A DNA stretch of 63,366 bases, filler included, from Welwitschia mirabilis (GCA_051453625.1; 6 parts of one record of this genome joined end to end with filler, not necessarily neighbours in it); one strand, 5' to 3'; positions 1 to 14,370 are shown, counted from the first letter of the whole stretch. Numbers and translations are program-made. The notes: a model not told the origin generated them from the sequence alone.

Positions 1-545
1 CAAAGGGGTCAACTAGATTCTAAAAGGATCAACTGACTTATGATCTTAAGAGTCAGTATCCTTGAATCGAATGAAAAGGGATTAACTGAATTTTCATGGA
101 GTCAACCGAATTTGAGGAACTGATAGGTAATAGTCCTAGAATGAGAGAAAAGGAGTTAACTGGATTTTCATGGGGTTGATCAGACCTGAGAAGCTGACAT
201 TCCATAGTTCTAGACTAAGAGGAAAGGGGTTGATCGGACCCAGGATGGGGTCAACCAAGCTCTTATGGNNNNNNNNNNCAACTGGATTTTGATAGGATTA
301 ACCAGATGACACGAAAAAGTAAAATTTGAAAAATTATGTATCCATTACCTAGCCATTTTCTAGTTGTTTATAGCCATTGGAGGTACAATTCATTTGCAAT
401 AAACCCTAGTAACCCTCCCTTATAAATAGCTATGCTATTGATGACTTAGAGATCTTTTGGCACTATTCTAATTCAGCATAATTATTATGGATCTAAAAGA
501 TCAGATCATTTGTATATCATTGTAATACTTCATAATCTAATTGAG
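1..545 (+). mobile_element. Partial LTR of a Sirevirus (SIRE/Maximus)-type Copia family, cut by the window start and a gap
   Basis: Colinear, diverged match to ~1133-1668, including the GGGTCAACYAGAT repeat motifs and the TATAAATAGC TATA-like box at 421-430. Confidence 0.75.
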
Positions 546-645
546 NNNNNNNNNNNNNNNNNNNNNNNNNNNNNNNNNNNNNNNNNNNNNNNNNNNNNNN
601 NNNNNNNNNNNNNNNNNNNNNNNNNNNNNNNNNNNNNNNNNNNNN

Positions 646-925
646 CATTGATGTCAAAGGGAGAGAGAAGATGATAGTGTGCTTTCAAAAAGTTTCTTTT
701 AAAGATATTGAGATATTGGGCTTTCAAGGTATTTATGTTGAAGTATTTAGTCAAAGGAGGAAAAATGATTGTTTATTTTACTCTTTACTTGAATGTGTAT
801 ATGCCTTGATGTAAGAGGGAGTTTTAATTTTTAATGTATGCTTAAAAGTAACTAGTGAATGAGCTTAAATTATTTAAATTTTTGAAATCACTTAATTGTT
901 TTCCATCAATGTGAAAGGAGGAGAT
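646..925 (+). promoter_or_regulatory. Multiple polypurine-tract region upstream of a Sirevirus 3' LTR
   Basis: Related purine tracts: GATGTCAAAGGGAGAGAG (~650), GTCAAAGGAGG (~750), GATGTAAGAGGGAG (~809) and GTGAAAGGAGGAGAT (911-925), the last abutting TGTTA at 926. Multiple PPTs are a known Sirevirus hallmark. Confidence 0.7.
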
Positions 926-2255
926 TGTTAAATTATATTTGCTAATCACTGTTAAACTAATTTCTCTTGTGTAGTGTAAAAATGTTATATCTTATGTGCA
1001 GATGAGATTGAGTNNNNNNNNNNCAAAATGCATCAGAAAAACCATTGAGTTATGTTAACCTCTAGTTGGGGTTGGCTAGATCCTAAAGGGATCAACCACA
1101 CTTGAATCAGTCACATAAAAAATGAACTAAACCCAGAGGGATCGACCAGATTCTAAAGGAATCGATTGACCTATGATCTCAAGAGCTAGTATTCCTGAAC
1201 CAATAAAAAGGGATTGACCATATTTTTATGGGGCTGATCAGATTTAAGAAACTGATAGGTAATAGTTCCAGACCAAGAGGAAAGGGGTCAACTAGATTTT
1301 AATGGGGTTAATCAAACCTAAGAAGTTGATAGTCCATATTTCTAGACCAAGAAGCAAGGGGTCGACTAGACCCAAGATGGGGTCAACCGAGTTTTCATGA
1401 GGTTGACTGGACGATGCAAAAAAGTAAAATTTGTAAATATTATGTATTCATTACCTAGCCATAATCTAGCTATTTTATAGTCATTTATAGCAATTGAAGG
1501 CATATTCATTTGTAATAAATCCTAGTAATCCCCCATTATAAGTAGCTATGTTATTAATGACCTAAAGATCTTTTTGGCTCTATTCTAATTGGGCATAACT
1601 ATTATGGATCTTAAAGATCAGACTATATTTTCATTAACATATCATTGTATTACTTCACATCTAATTAAGGAGATATGTTATTGGCAAAAGAGCTTCACTC
1701 AGAATCAGATATAAGAGCTTCATCATTGTGATATATTATAGAAGAGCTCCATTCATTATACTGCTGTCAAACGTGTGATATCTAAGCAATTAAGACATTA
1801 TCACATCACATCCATTACTTTTAGATGTTGAGACTTAGCCTGTAAAAGTCTGTTATTAAAGGTTGAGACATAACCTATAAAAGTCTGTTGATAAGATTGA
1901 GACTTAGCTTATAAAAGTCCACTTGTAAGGATTATAGATGAACCTGGAAAAACCTATGAAGTAATAGAGATCTGAGATCAAGCTTAGGAGAAGCTGATCA
2001 TCGAGAGTAGAGTAGGGGAGTTCCTGAATCACTATAAATCCTGTATGCATTAAAATTGGTAGTTTATGTTTTTTTGTATCTTGATTTTGTTACTATTAGT
2101 TTTCCACTCTTGTATGCACATTCTTGATTCCACTATTTTTTTCTGTAAACTATGCATAGATAGATTTAATTTTGTTTTTGGCATAAGTTTTGAAAGAACC
2201 TATTCACCCCTCCACCATCCCCCCCCCCCCCCCACCAGGGTTTTCGATCCTATTA
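926..2255 (+). mobile_element. 3' LTR (~1.33 kb) of a Sirevirus-type Copia retrotransposon
   Basis: Starts TGTT right after the PPT. Contains GTCGAC/GTCAAC-type repeat motifs at 1060-1410, a TATA-like box at ~1537 and a C-rich ATTCACCCC...CCC signal at 2202-2236. Ends ...GATCCTATTA (CA decayed). Confidence 0.75.
1829..1920 (+). repeat. ~34-bp x3 tandem repeat inside the Sirevirus LTR
   Basis: TGAGACTTAGCCTGTAAAAGTCTGTT-like unit. The same array appears in reverse complement at ~60540-60640. Confidence 0.75.
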
Positions 2256-3899
2256 ATAACTCCTTATTATCTATAAACTAATCCTTAACTAGGATTTACT
2301 AATTAAGAAATGCAACTAATTTTGTAGAAATAGTGAAGTATAATGGAAAATAGTGGTCCCTTTACATTAATGATTTTCTCTTGGAGTACTAGATTGCATA
2401 TAGAACATTTATTAAAATTTCACTCCATCAACTTGTTTTTAGAAAATCTTTTCATATTCCCTTAGAATTTGAATATAAATCTTTCTAAGACATAAGAGAC
2501 TAAAACATAAATGAAACTATATAATTTAGGAAGCTTGACCTTAGTAAACTAGAATAAATTAGGAACAAATCCTATGAAAATAAAAAAAATGTCAGAAACA
2601 AAGAATAGAAGCTTACCATTATAAACACATACTTAAGGAATTTCTTAAGCCAAATAACTTATTTTTAATATATGATTTAATTCTTTACATATTTCTAAAA
2701 AATTTATATCTAACTATGTTACTCATTTTCATATTTAAGAAGCATTTCCTCATGATGCTATTAAGATTTTAAGACTTATGTATAACCATTATTTTAAAAT
2801 CATTAATTAAAGACTTAAACATTTTCATAACCCTATTTCCATGGGTCATGACTTTAATCCTATTCTCATAATTTAGATTCATAGGTAATGAAAGGAAAAA
2901 TAGAAGTATAAAAATGTATGTTAAATAAAGTTAAACTTGGTATTATTTAGAAAATGGATTTTTCCTAATGTTGAGGTTCAGAATTTACTCTTAGGTAAAA
3001 CTTAAAGTTGTGATAAGTACAAGGATTAATTAGTTCAATATGTAAGACATCAATATTTCAAGTACAATCCACTACTTATTTCATTAAAGACTAGTTGGAT
3101 AAGGAACTTAGTACTTATATACATAAGCATTTGTTATGCATGCCATACTAGATTTTACATACTAGACTTTAATGTGATTATAGTTTAAGAAAAAATCATA
3201 ATAATTCTAGTAGAAGTAAAATTTCATACTCTAAGGATACAATTAAAGATATTTGTATAATATGTCTTAAAAATTAAAAAAAGAGAAGATTACAAATTCA
3301 TACAAGGGGAATATGGAATTCTATATGATGATGGCTGTAACACAATTTCACCATGAGGAAGATTTATGTTAAACATGTCTATGGTATAGGATGTTACTAA
3401 GGGAAAAACACACTTTACATATGTAGAATACCTTCATAGAACATAATTTTATGAAAACAATACATATTGTATTATTAAAGGCCCCCTACTATCATTCTTG
3501 TGATGGAAATGATATATGTTAAATGTCTCTACTAGAGATAACTCATAAAATCAAGTAATTGATAGGATAATGTAATAGTTATACTAGTTTTAGAAATTGA
3601 AACATATGTAAATCATCATCTAACATAGAGAATAATTAAATGCTACATCGAGATAAAAATTGTTAACATCTACATGAGTGTTGTTTAAGTCATATGTAGA
3701 AAATATCTATATCACTACATCCATGTTTTACTTATATGTTAATCTTGATTAATTATATGAAATATATTTATAATATGTTTCTAATAGACTACTTACTAAT
3801 CTAAATGCCTAAATTGAGTGTACACATAAAAATGTTAGATTTAATCTTAAAAAGATCTTTGTTTTCCTTCAAATAAACCTTTTTTTCATTTTAGTAATG

Positions 3900-6800
3900 A
3901 ATCCAAAGGGATAATGCAATCAACCAATAGGGATACATTACATTACACATATATTAAGAGTTGGAATAAACATTATAATAACTAGTTCAAAGGACTAGTC
4001 AAGCTAAATTGTTAAAATATAAAGATTTATAAATTCATTAAGATAATTAATTACCCATTATATTTTTTTGTTGTATGGTTCAGTATAATTTTAAGAAATA
4101 AATTCAATTAAGAGTCGTACTTAATTGACATATTGTAAGCGATGTGTTTTAATGATTTAAATTAGATATGTAAAGGTAGCTCTAAGATATCATTAACTTG
4201 TATGATTAGTTTGAAATTATATAGGTATTTAGTAATCGAAAAATGTTAATTTAACATTTTAGCTAAGACTTTAGATTAAAAGCCTTGCAAAACATAAAAA
4301 TTCACCTCATTTCAAAACTTGATTTCCACTATTTTTTCAAGTCCAAATTTGTCTTCTAAAGTTTCAATTCCTAATGAAAAGTTGAGTCTTACTAGAAGTA
4401 ATAAATTAAGAAATACAAATTAAAAATTTACTTGATTCATGATTCTACAAACCATAATCATACATGTTCAAAACTTAATGAAGGGTCAAAGATCATTATT
4501 TCATCTATAAAAATAGAGCCCACATCTTTTACCAAGGATTAAAACTAGTTTTTATAGAATCAAATCCTCACTATCATAAACTTAAATAAACCTTGTTAAG
4601 CCTTACTTACTTGATGTAACTGGCACTACTATTTATTCTATTTAAAATATCATTAGCCAAATCTAATGTATCTCATATATCTAGAGATTTCATTATAAAG
4701 GAAGCATTTAAGTAGTTTTTAAAATAGTATGACATTGTTTATGTGTAAAAATGAAAGAAAGAGGAAGAAGTCACCTTCTATAGAAAATTCAAAAGATCTA
4801 ATTTTCAAGGAAGATAAGGGCATTATAGAGTACAATGTTTCTACTATAATAAAGAGGAAACTTAAAAGAATTAGATGAGGAAGAGGAAAATCAATAGATT
4901 CTCTCCACTAAGGTTAAAGAAATTAACATTTACATTAGTCCTCATTTGTATTCCAAATCTTTAGATCTTTCTAATCATGATTTTCATTCCCTTACCTTAG
5001 AGAGCTATTTAGCCTTATTAGACGCAAGTGAGAAAAGCTTTATAATTAATTATCAAAATCCTATGCAATTTACTTTTGAAGAAGTTTTGACTGGCATTAA
5101 TAGATTACCTAATGGAAAGGGCCCGGATTTAACTAATTTATACATTGAGTAATTAAGTAGCCTAGAAATTCAATTCATAAAGAAATTTAGCAAAAATAGA
5201 ATTTTGCAATGACAAATTAATTAAATCAAGAATGGGCAACAAGTAAGGTAGTTTTACTGTTTAAGAAAAGATACAACAATGATTTAAATAATCATAGAAT
5301 GATAGTGTTAAGTAATGTTTTTGCAAAGCTTTTTGGCACACTTTTTGAATAGAAGGTTGGTAATAGGGCAAAATAAAATAATATTAAGATGATTTACTAA
5401 GCAGTTTTTCACTAAAATCATTCCATTATTGATCATTTGCTTACACTAAGGCATTGTATAGATTTTGCAAAGAGGCCAAATAAAAACTTTTATTTATTTT
5501 TATTGATTTTTCAAAAGATTATGATTCAATGAATTATACCAAATTATGGATGTTGCTTAACCATATTGGAATTTCTCTTGATCTTCTTATTGTTATTCAA
5601 AGATTATATAAAGAGGTTATAATTGAAATAACAGACTTTAATCAATAACATGTTTTAAATTTTACTCTATTGTAGGAGTAGAACAGGGATGTCCTCTCTC
5701 TCTAACATTCTTTGGTCTCTTCATTGATGAGTTACAAGATTGACTTTGCAAAAACATAATTACCATGCAATTAGGATAGAATCATTAGTAGTCCAATTAT
5801 TCCTTTATGTAGATGATGCAGCTCTGATTTCTACTTTAGAAACAAGTATGAAAAACATGATTCAAAAATAGGAAAATTTTTACCAATCCTTTAGTTTGAC
5901 AATAAATATAAAAAAAATAAACTAATGATTTGGGGCACCAAGATCACCTAATTTAATTTTAAATTCAATAGGGAGAAAATTGACATAGTAAAAGCTTTTT
6001 AATGCTTGGGTCTTTCTTACTTTAATAACTATAGATGGGACAAATGCATTAAAGAGAGGAAAGCAAGTGGAATTGAAGCTTTTTATGCCATAAAAATAAA
6101 TGTAGTTCACTAGGGATCTGGGCTTGGTAGGTTCACAAATAAGTTTTTCAATTCATTATGTATCCCATTATTTTTTATAGATGCCTAGTTTTGGGGTCGG
6201 TTATCAATGAATGAAATTGGAAAGATATTGAGAGAGTACAAATATTGTTTTTACTAAATAAACTTAAGGTAAAGATTCAAATACCATATCTTATGATGCT
6301 ACTAGAATGTGATATTTTACCCATTGAAGCTGAAACCATGTGTTAGTTTTGTGCTTAGACTTTAAAACTAATGAAAGTAGAGCAAATGAAATTTTCAAGA
6401 GTAGTTCTTGAAGCTATAAAAGAAAAAGGATGGTATTTTTAGGGAATGTAATTGCTAAACAAGTGGGATATTTCTTAAGAGAATGTTCAAATCAATTCCA
6501 CTAAATTTATAGCTTCATCAAGTAGCATGTCCTAATAAAACTATAGAAAAATGTATAAGATAAGAGGAAGTTTTATTTTGGACATACTCACCATAGTTAT
6601 TTTGATTCACCAATTCACTATCTCATAGTAAAAATCCCAATGAAGATGCATAACCTTATTAGCAAAGTTTAATTAAGGTTACATCATCTTAGAATTGAAA
6701 GTGAAAGATGGAATAGCATGCCTAAAGAAGAGCAAACATAAAAATTTTATAATCTAAAACATTCTTGAAGACAAATAACATGTTTTACTTTTTTATGTTG

Positions 6801-6900
6801 CTATAGATCCTATAAGAAAATAATTTAATATCACTATAAGAAATCTCTTTGACTTTTTCATATTACATCTAGTGGGTGTTGGCTACTTTATTAGATTAAT
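3900..6900 (+). mobile_element. Decayed non-LTR retrotransposon (LINE) ORF2, RTEX-like: weak APE endonuclease remnant, RT and C-terminal CCHC region
   Basis: Conceptual translation with many stops and shifts gives FTFEEV..INRLPNGKGPD (~5070), HSIIDHLLTLRH (~5418), FIDFSKDYDS (~5500), GVEQGCPLSLTFFGLFIDEL (~5675), LYVDD (~5803), WKDIERVQ..KLKVK.QIPY....E..ILPIE (~6218-6330) and LRLHHLRIESERW..PKEE..ED..HVLL (~6670-6790). The 5' boundary is approximate. Confidence 0.8.
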
Positions 6901-8409
6901 CTTTGTATTCCATGACATGATCATTTCTTTTGTCAAGTAGATTCTTTAGATCTCTAGACATAACAAAAATTTAGTTTTAGTTTCATAAAATCTCTCCCTT
7001 CGTCTTCCATTACTTCCTTTCTGTTATTATTTTATTATTATAAATTATAACACTCTTGACTTTTGTGATTTTGAAACCAATCTTTTTTTTGAAATATTTC
7101 ATTTCATTAACTAGATTATCTTCTATAAGTAATGATGCGAATGTGGGTACACCTAATGTCACTTCTCATGCTTTCCCCCTTTTACTATTGAAGGATGTTT
7201 CTAACCAAGTAATGTATAGAATAACTAGAAGTAGGACTTAGCATTTTGTTAAAAAAAGGATGGGAAAATAGTAGATAATGAGATAAAAAGTATTAATCAA
7301 GCTTGATAGCATTATCTACTAAATTATCTAGTTTCAAATCATTAGGATAAGAAATAAATATTGCTTTGAAAAATATCTAGAAGGAACACAAATTATATGC
7401 TAAAAACTACTCACGTAATCAAGCATAGAAAGAAAGCTAAAAAATAACAAGTAATTAAGCTAAATCTTTAACCTCTATATTTCATAAAAATAGTTATAAG
7501 ATTTATTATAGAATCTATGAATCTTTCTATTTTATGCACTTGCATAAGATTTTTGCAACTAAAAAATGGTAGAAACATCATGCATCATTATAGCTTTAGA
7601 TTAGAAAGGCACAAGATTTCTAAATCAAAATTGTATTTTTCCTTATTCTTATTTAACAAAGAGCTTACTTAAATAGGCAAGCAGATCACTAGGATTTTCA
7701 TGTATCCCTAGGTATAGGATGATGGNNNNNNNNNNNNNNNNNNNNNNNNNNNNNNNNNNNNNNNNNNNNNNNNNNNNNNNNNNNNNNNNNNNNNNNNNNN
7801 NNNNNNNNNNNNNNNNNNNNNNNNNNNNNNNNNNNNNNNNNNNNNNNNNNNNNNNNNNNNNNNNNNNNNNNNNNNNNNNNNNNNNNNNNNNNNNNNNNNN
7901 NNNNNNNNNNNNNNNNNNNNNNNNNNNNNNNNNNNNNNNNNNNNNNNNNNNNNNNNNNNNNNNNNNNNNNNNNNNNNNNNNNNNNNNNNNNNNNNNNNNN
8001 NNNNNNNNNNNNNNNNNNNNNNNNNNNNNNNNNNNNNNNNNNNNNNNNNNNNNNNNNNNNNNNNNNNNNNNNNNNNNNNNNNNNNNNNNNNNNNNNNNNN
8101 NNNNNNNNNNNNNNNNNNNNNNNNNNNNNNNNNNNNNNNNNNNNNNNNNNNNNNNNNNNNNNNNNNNNNNNNNNNNNNNNNNNNNNNNNNNNNNNNNNNN
8201 NNNNNNNNNNNNNNNNNNNNNNNNNNNNNNNNNNNNNNNNNNNNNNNNNNNNNNNNNNNNNNNNNNNNNNNNNNNNNNNNNNNNNNNNNNNNNNNNNNNN
8301 NNNNNNNNNNNNNNNNNNNNNNNNNNNNNNNNNNNNNNNNNNNNNNNNNAGATCACGAGGATTTTCATGTATCCCTAGGTAGAGGATGATGGTGTGTACT
8401 AGCCTTAGT

Positions 8410-9815
8410 AATTCCCCCCTTTAATGTGGAAATATGCTCTATTCCAAAGGAAAACTAGAGTGCCTAGGGGAAAAACTTGGGAATGTGACCTATAATAAAA
8501 CCTTCGAAAAGAAGTTTCCATGTGAGAGAACTACTTTATCAAAGAAGAAGTTAATTTACCACTTCATATCCCATAGCAGATAATCTTATTCTTGTGCATT
8601 ACACATCCTGTAATGCTAGGCTAAAATGTGTACTACACATCATATAGTACTAAGTCATATTTGTACTATGCATCTTATAGTAGTAGGAGTAGATGTGACT
8701 TCAATCAAAGACTAAAAAGTTAAATGAAGCCCTTAATGTACAAAAGAAAAATGAGTTTAACTTAATTAATTTTCAATTCAATCTTGAATTGGAAATACTG
8801 AAACTTCTCTCGACCACGAGATTTAGTAAAAATATTTGTAGCCTATTCTGTAGTTAGATAGTGTACTAGTGTAATAACTTCATGTTGTATGAGTTCTTGA
8901 GTTTTATATACTCCAACACAAAAGTGTTTTACCATATTATGATGCATTGGATCTTTTGCTATGCAAATTACTGATTGATTAGCGATGAAGAGTTCTGTTG
9001 TCTTGGTATATTTCAAGTTCATTACTTCTAATAATTTTCTCAGCTAATCAATCTCTCTACATGCTTCAGATGAAACTATATATTTGAGTTCGGTAGAAGA
9101 TCAAGTAATAGTTTTCTAATTCTTTAATCACTAAGATAGAGGTGATGTTTCTAGGAACATGATATACCATAATGTTGACAATGAGGTATCAAAATTTCTC
9201 CAGTGAAATTTAAGTCAGAGTATGCCTTGAGAATGAATTGAGAGTTCCTTTTATACATGAGCTCTAACTCTTTTATTTTCTTTATATATCTCAATACTTT
9301 CTTTCTATTGTTTAAATAAGTAACCTTAGGTGCATGAAGATATCTTGACAATACATCAACAACATATGGTATATATGGTTTAGTATTGGTTACATCAATT
9401 AGACTTCCTACTATACTACTATATTCTATTTTATTTACAAGTTTTGAGTCTTCATCAGTAGATATCTTGGTATTTTTTTCTAAAGATGTTACAGCTTTTT
9501 TTACATCTTATCATCCAAATTTTTACATTAGATCTCCAATGTACTTCTTTTGGGTTAAGAATATTTCATTCTTTTTTTGAACAATTTCTACACTTAAGTA
9601 GAATCTGGTCAAGCTTAGGTTAAAAATTTTAAATGCCTTACTTAATGCAATTTTCATTCATCTTGCATCTTCTTCATTACTTTTTATTATTAGCATGTCA
9701 TCTACATAAACTAATATATACGTATATTTTTATCCATCAGACTTGATAAATTATGTGGCATCCACATCTTGGTAATCACATAACTTGAATCCAATGAAAC
9801 TTAGGTAGCATCATA
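8410..9815 (-). mobile_element. Copia RT-RNaseH 3' fragment with 3' UTR and PPT
   Basis: Minus strand gives YVDDML (~9690-9710), SRYLHAP..YL...KKVLRYIK..LKAYSD (ORF 9151-9351) and TNIFTKSRGREKF (~8800-8840). A PPT-like AAAGGGGGGAA lies at 8412-8422 (reverse complement). Confidence 0.8.
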
Positions 9816-11611
9816 AGAGAAGTAGAATATTAGAATTGATATATTTCAATGTTTTTAATGTTGTAGATGTTAGATATCTTAGTGAAGATTCTTATTTTAT
9901 TATCTTTATAGATGATTACTTTAGAAAATGTTGGTTATATGGCATTGTTTTTAAGAATTGAGTGTTTAATATGTTTAAGATATTTAAGACCAAGGTTAAT
10001 AAGAAATCAAAAAGATTAATTAAGAGCTTACAAACTAATCATGGTGATGAGTATTTTTCTAGAGAGTTTGATGATTTTACAAGGATAATAGAATTCATAG
10101 AGTTAATATTACTTATAGCACATCACAACAAAATGGTATTATTGATAGGATGAACATGTTCATCATGAAATGTGTGAGAAGCATGCTATCACAATCTGGT
10201 CTCATTAATCAATTCTGGGTTAAAGCTATAAACATGATTGTGTATTTGATCAATAAGTCTCTTAGTGCACCCTTGAATTGTAAGATACTTGAGCTACTTT
10301 GAAATGATAGAAACATTTCATATATCCATTTAAAGACATTTGGGTATGAAGCTTTTGTTCTAATACTAAAAGAGAATAGAACAAACCTGGATGCTAGATC
10401 ATAAAAATGTGCTTTTCTTGAATATAAGAATCATGATTAAGGCTATAGACTTTGGGATCCTATTACAAATAAGACAATTAGGAGCAGAGATGTCCTCTTC
10501 AATGAGGATGTGATGTTTACAAAGAGAAAAAAAAGAAGATCATAAGGAATAGAAACTTCTTATAAAGACGTAGCCTCCAAGTTCCATAACTCCTTCAAAT
10601 GAAAGAGATTCATCCTTAAGCACATAATGATGTTGATCAAGATGATGGGAATAAAGATGAAGAATAAGAAGCAATAGAGATTCAACTTGATCAACACATC
10701 CTCACAAACCCACATAAAGGTGAATCTAACTATCTTCAAGAAGATTTGAATTACCACGATGTTAAGAGATTACATAAAGTCATGGAAGAATAGATTGTTT
10801 TGTTGCATCATAATGTTGCATGAAAGTTGGTAGAACTTCCACATGAGAAGAAAGCAAAGTAGAATAGATGGAATATCTAATTAACTAAGAGTCTAATGGT
10901 TCTAAGAATTAAAAGATAGACTTTTTGTTAACTATTATGAATAAAAAGCAAGTATTGATTTTAATGAAATTTTTGCTTCTATTATGAAGCATAGTGATAT
11001 TAGAATTGTTTTGTATCTAGTTGAAAATTTAATTTTGGAATTAGATTAACTTGATATCAACATTGCATTTCTACCTGGCAACTTAGAAGAAGAGATTTAC
11101 ATGTACTAGCCTAAAGAATTTATGGATTAAGATAATCTTAACTTGGTCTATAAATTGAAGAAGGGTATGTATGGTTTCAAGCAAGCATCTAGGTAATGGT
11201 ATATAAAATTAAATTATTTTATGAAAGATGAAGATTATATTAGATGTAAGTTTGATCATTATGTGTATTTTAATGGATCAAAATATGGTTCATTCACTAT
11301 TTGATTAATTTATATTGATGATATGTTGATTTCCAATAATGATCTAAAAGAGATTACATGTCTAAAATTTAATATGACTAATTGATCTACTATCAAAGAT
11401 TTTAGATTAACTAAGAAGATATTGGAGATATACATTCAGAGGGATAGATATAAGAGTACACTTTGGTTAAGTCCATTTGATTATATTTCTTAGATTCTTA
11501 AATATTTTAATATGATTAACTCTAAACCTATTTCTACACCATTAGCTTCATATTTTAAGTTGTCTAAAGATGATTTTCTAAGGGACGAGGTAGATATGAG
11601 AAGATGAAAGT
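9815..11611 (+). mobile_element. Copia (Tnt1/Tork-like) integrase-RT fragment, truncated at both ends
   Basis: ILELIYFNV (~9829), YFIIFIDDYFRKCW (~9893), LQTNHGDEY (~10030), GYRLWDP (~10441), LDINIAFLPGNLEEEIYM (~11051) and IYIDDMLI (~11308). Cut by the LTR at 11612. Confidence 0.85.
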
Positions 11612-14370
11612 TGTGGTTTACTACGAAATGATGTTATTCATTAGAATAAAAATGTGAATGTTAAATAAACTGGTAAGGATCCAGTATCATTCTCTACAAG
11701 GATATCTATGATAAGCTGATCAAAATCAATACAATAATCCAATCCTATAATAAAATCAAATAAAAGAAAAATTAAAGGGATTGAGAGAATTTAGTAAACC
11801 AAGGCTAGTGACATAGGCAGACGAACATGCTCTAGAGATCTATCCTGGATTATTCAATAACATACCTTTATTATAATAATTTATTATAAATCCTAAAACA
11901 TAAACTTTAAATAATCAAGTCATGAAGTCTCATATACGATGACATAATCTCATTCATCACCTGAGTTTTGGTAACTTCAATAGTTACTTCAGTCCTTTAT
12001 AGTTCTTTGTGAACATAGAAAGTAAGTACATTGGCCCATAATATCTTTAACATGATGACAACTATAACTGAAAAGTTAACTTTATAGAATTCACTTAGTT
12101 CTAAGGATGTTAATAATGTTGTCTCACCTAAGAATCAATAGCATCATGTTAATGTGCACTAGAAATCAAATAATGAATAACTACTATGAAATTATAAACA
12201 AGGATAAGTCTTACTTGGGAATTAATAGAACTATGTTAATGTGCGCTAAAAATCAAAGAATGAATAACTACTCCTTTTATTAATCCAAAAAATACATTAT
12301 ATGAAGAGAGGAATATGAAGCTAAAATGGAATCTTCAAACTAGCCTTTAGAAAGTCATATCTTGAAACTCTTAAGTATTACCACCATTTTTGTTAACTAA
12401 AGATTATTTACAATAAGGTCTTAAGGCCCTTTTATAGATGAAGGAAGAGTTAGAAAGAATTGGCATTAGAGTTTGTTGTGATTACAAAAGGGGTTTTTAT
12501 TTTTAGACGGTTACATTAAGAGAAGTTTACAAAGCTTATCATCTAGTCTTAATGGATGTTTTCTTGCCTTCTTATAAAAAAGAGGTAATGAAATGTTCTT
12601 TGAATGATGATGTAACTACCACTGGATGTCATGCCACATGTTTTTCATGTCGTTATGCTCGTTATCACTACATATCACTATGACATATCATTTTATGCCT
12701 CCATCTCATGTCTTTGAGATTGATGATTGATTTTGATTTAACATCTGACTAAGCCCGTAAGTGAAATGTAATGTCTTTCCCATAAAGATGTGAGAATGTG
12801 AGAATTAACTTATTCTACCCTAAAAGCTAGACGTACTTATGGCCTAGATAGTGGTGCCGACTTTTTTTGATGATTATCTTCAATATTCAACTTGTATTTC
12901 AGAAATAAATAATTATTATAATATCATTTTATGATAATGTGACTATTTTAATTCTTTGACTATGTTAAATTAATCAAACATAATTAGCTAAAATGTTAAT
13001 TTTTATATATAAACACACCCCCTAACTAGCCTTTTTCTAGTATCTTAGGAAAAACTTAATAAAGAAATGATAAACATGGAATAATTACTTAAATAAAATA
13101 TTCAAGTATGAATATAATATAACTTTGAAAAAAGTTTTGATCAATTTTGAAAAAATAAAGCATCAAAATTAGAAACTTTTCTACGAAAAATGGATACCAC
13201 ACCTCCTACTTAAAACTAAACTTTATCCTCAAGTTTAAAGAGATATAAAAATTTAATACAATGCTCTTAAGTACAAGTCAAAGTACTTGAAAGAAAAATT
13301 TTACATTACACGGCTTTTCATATAACAAGTTACAAAATCATTTTGATATAAGCAATTTAAAACTTTACAACAACTACAAGGTAAAAATTTTAAATTAGCA
13401 TACAAATAGTTTATTTCAACATACTATAAAACACACATTTAAATGCAAATTTTATCTAAAATATCTTCTACAAAAGACTAAACATTCTAATTTTTTATCT
13501 ATCTCCTTTTGCTTGCATAATATATTCTTCATCTTTCTACATAGCTTGTTAATCAAAGTCTTATGATTTTATAGTACTTGTTTTAAAAATGTTTCATTGG
13601 AGTGAGGAGGTTAAGGAGGAGGAGAAGAAGAAGAAGAAAGATTAAAGGATTTTTCAATAAGTTATCTTGCCCTTATGGTGAGTTCTTGGAGGTATATAAG
13701 GAGTTACATATAAAGGAATAAACTAAAAAGAAGATGGACTATGACAAATTTCTTCCTGTAAGTGTTTGTAGTCTTCCTAAAATTCTTATTAGTATCCCTA
13801 GATCTAATTAATATTATGATACTCTTAAACTTGGGTAATCTTACAAGGGGTAATAGTTTCTATGTAAGATCTCTTCCAACCTTCATAATATAAAGTCTGG
13901 TAAAGGATGTTGCAAATGATATTTGAAATAAAACAAGGTAAGCAAAGGTTGCTTTTATAATCTATGTGGTTAATTATGGTTCTAAACAAGAATTTTATGA
14001 TATCAAATGGCTTATTATCTTAGATTATTCTAATCAAGTATAAATGAAAACTATAGACAAACATGCAACATAGATAACACATTACAAATGATGAATCTAA
14101 ATAAGCCAAGTTAGTTTTTATGTAAAGACTTACATGAAAGGATACCTTTTCTTCTGGGAGCATACTTTACACAGGTGTGATAATAGCATTTTAAATCTTT
14201 TACTAACACAAAGGGAATATTATCTAAATGTTCTACCCCTAAGACTACTTCAAAATAAACTAATAAAAAATAGAACAAAGTGTAATAAATAAATGAATTA
14301 ACCATGAGTTTTTGTCATCAAATCTTATGTTTTTATAGAATTCAAGTACTTGCTTTGAATAGTAAAATGC
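11612..14370 (-). mobile_element. Athila-like Gypsy 3' end: ~1.4-kb LTR (11612-13015), PPT and non-coding 3' internal region
   Basis: On the minus strand ...GATACTAGAAAAAGGCTAGTTAGGGGGTG|TGTTT gives the PPT/LTR junction at 13015. An internal CTTGAGGATAAAG...TTTTAAGTAGGAGG motif lies at ~13200-13234. The LTR is homologous, inverted, to 14640-15300 and 15321-16601. The right boundary is approximate. Confidence 0.6.

Noticed and set aside
2300..3600. Possible minus-strand Gypsy protease/RT remnant
   Set aside because: Only faint motif echoes and too decayed to support.
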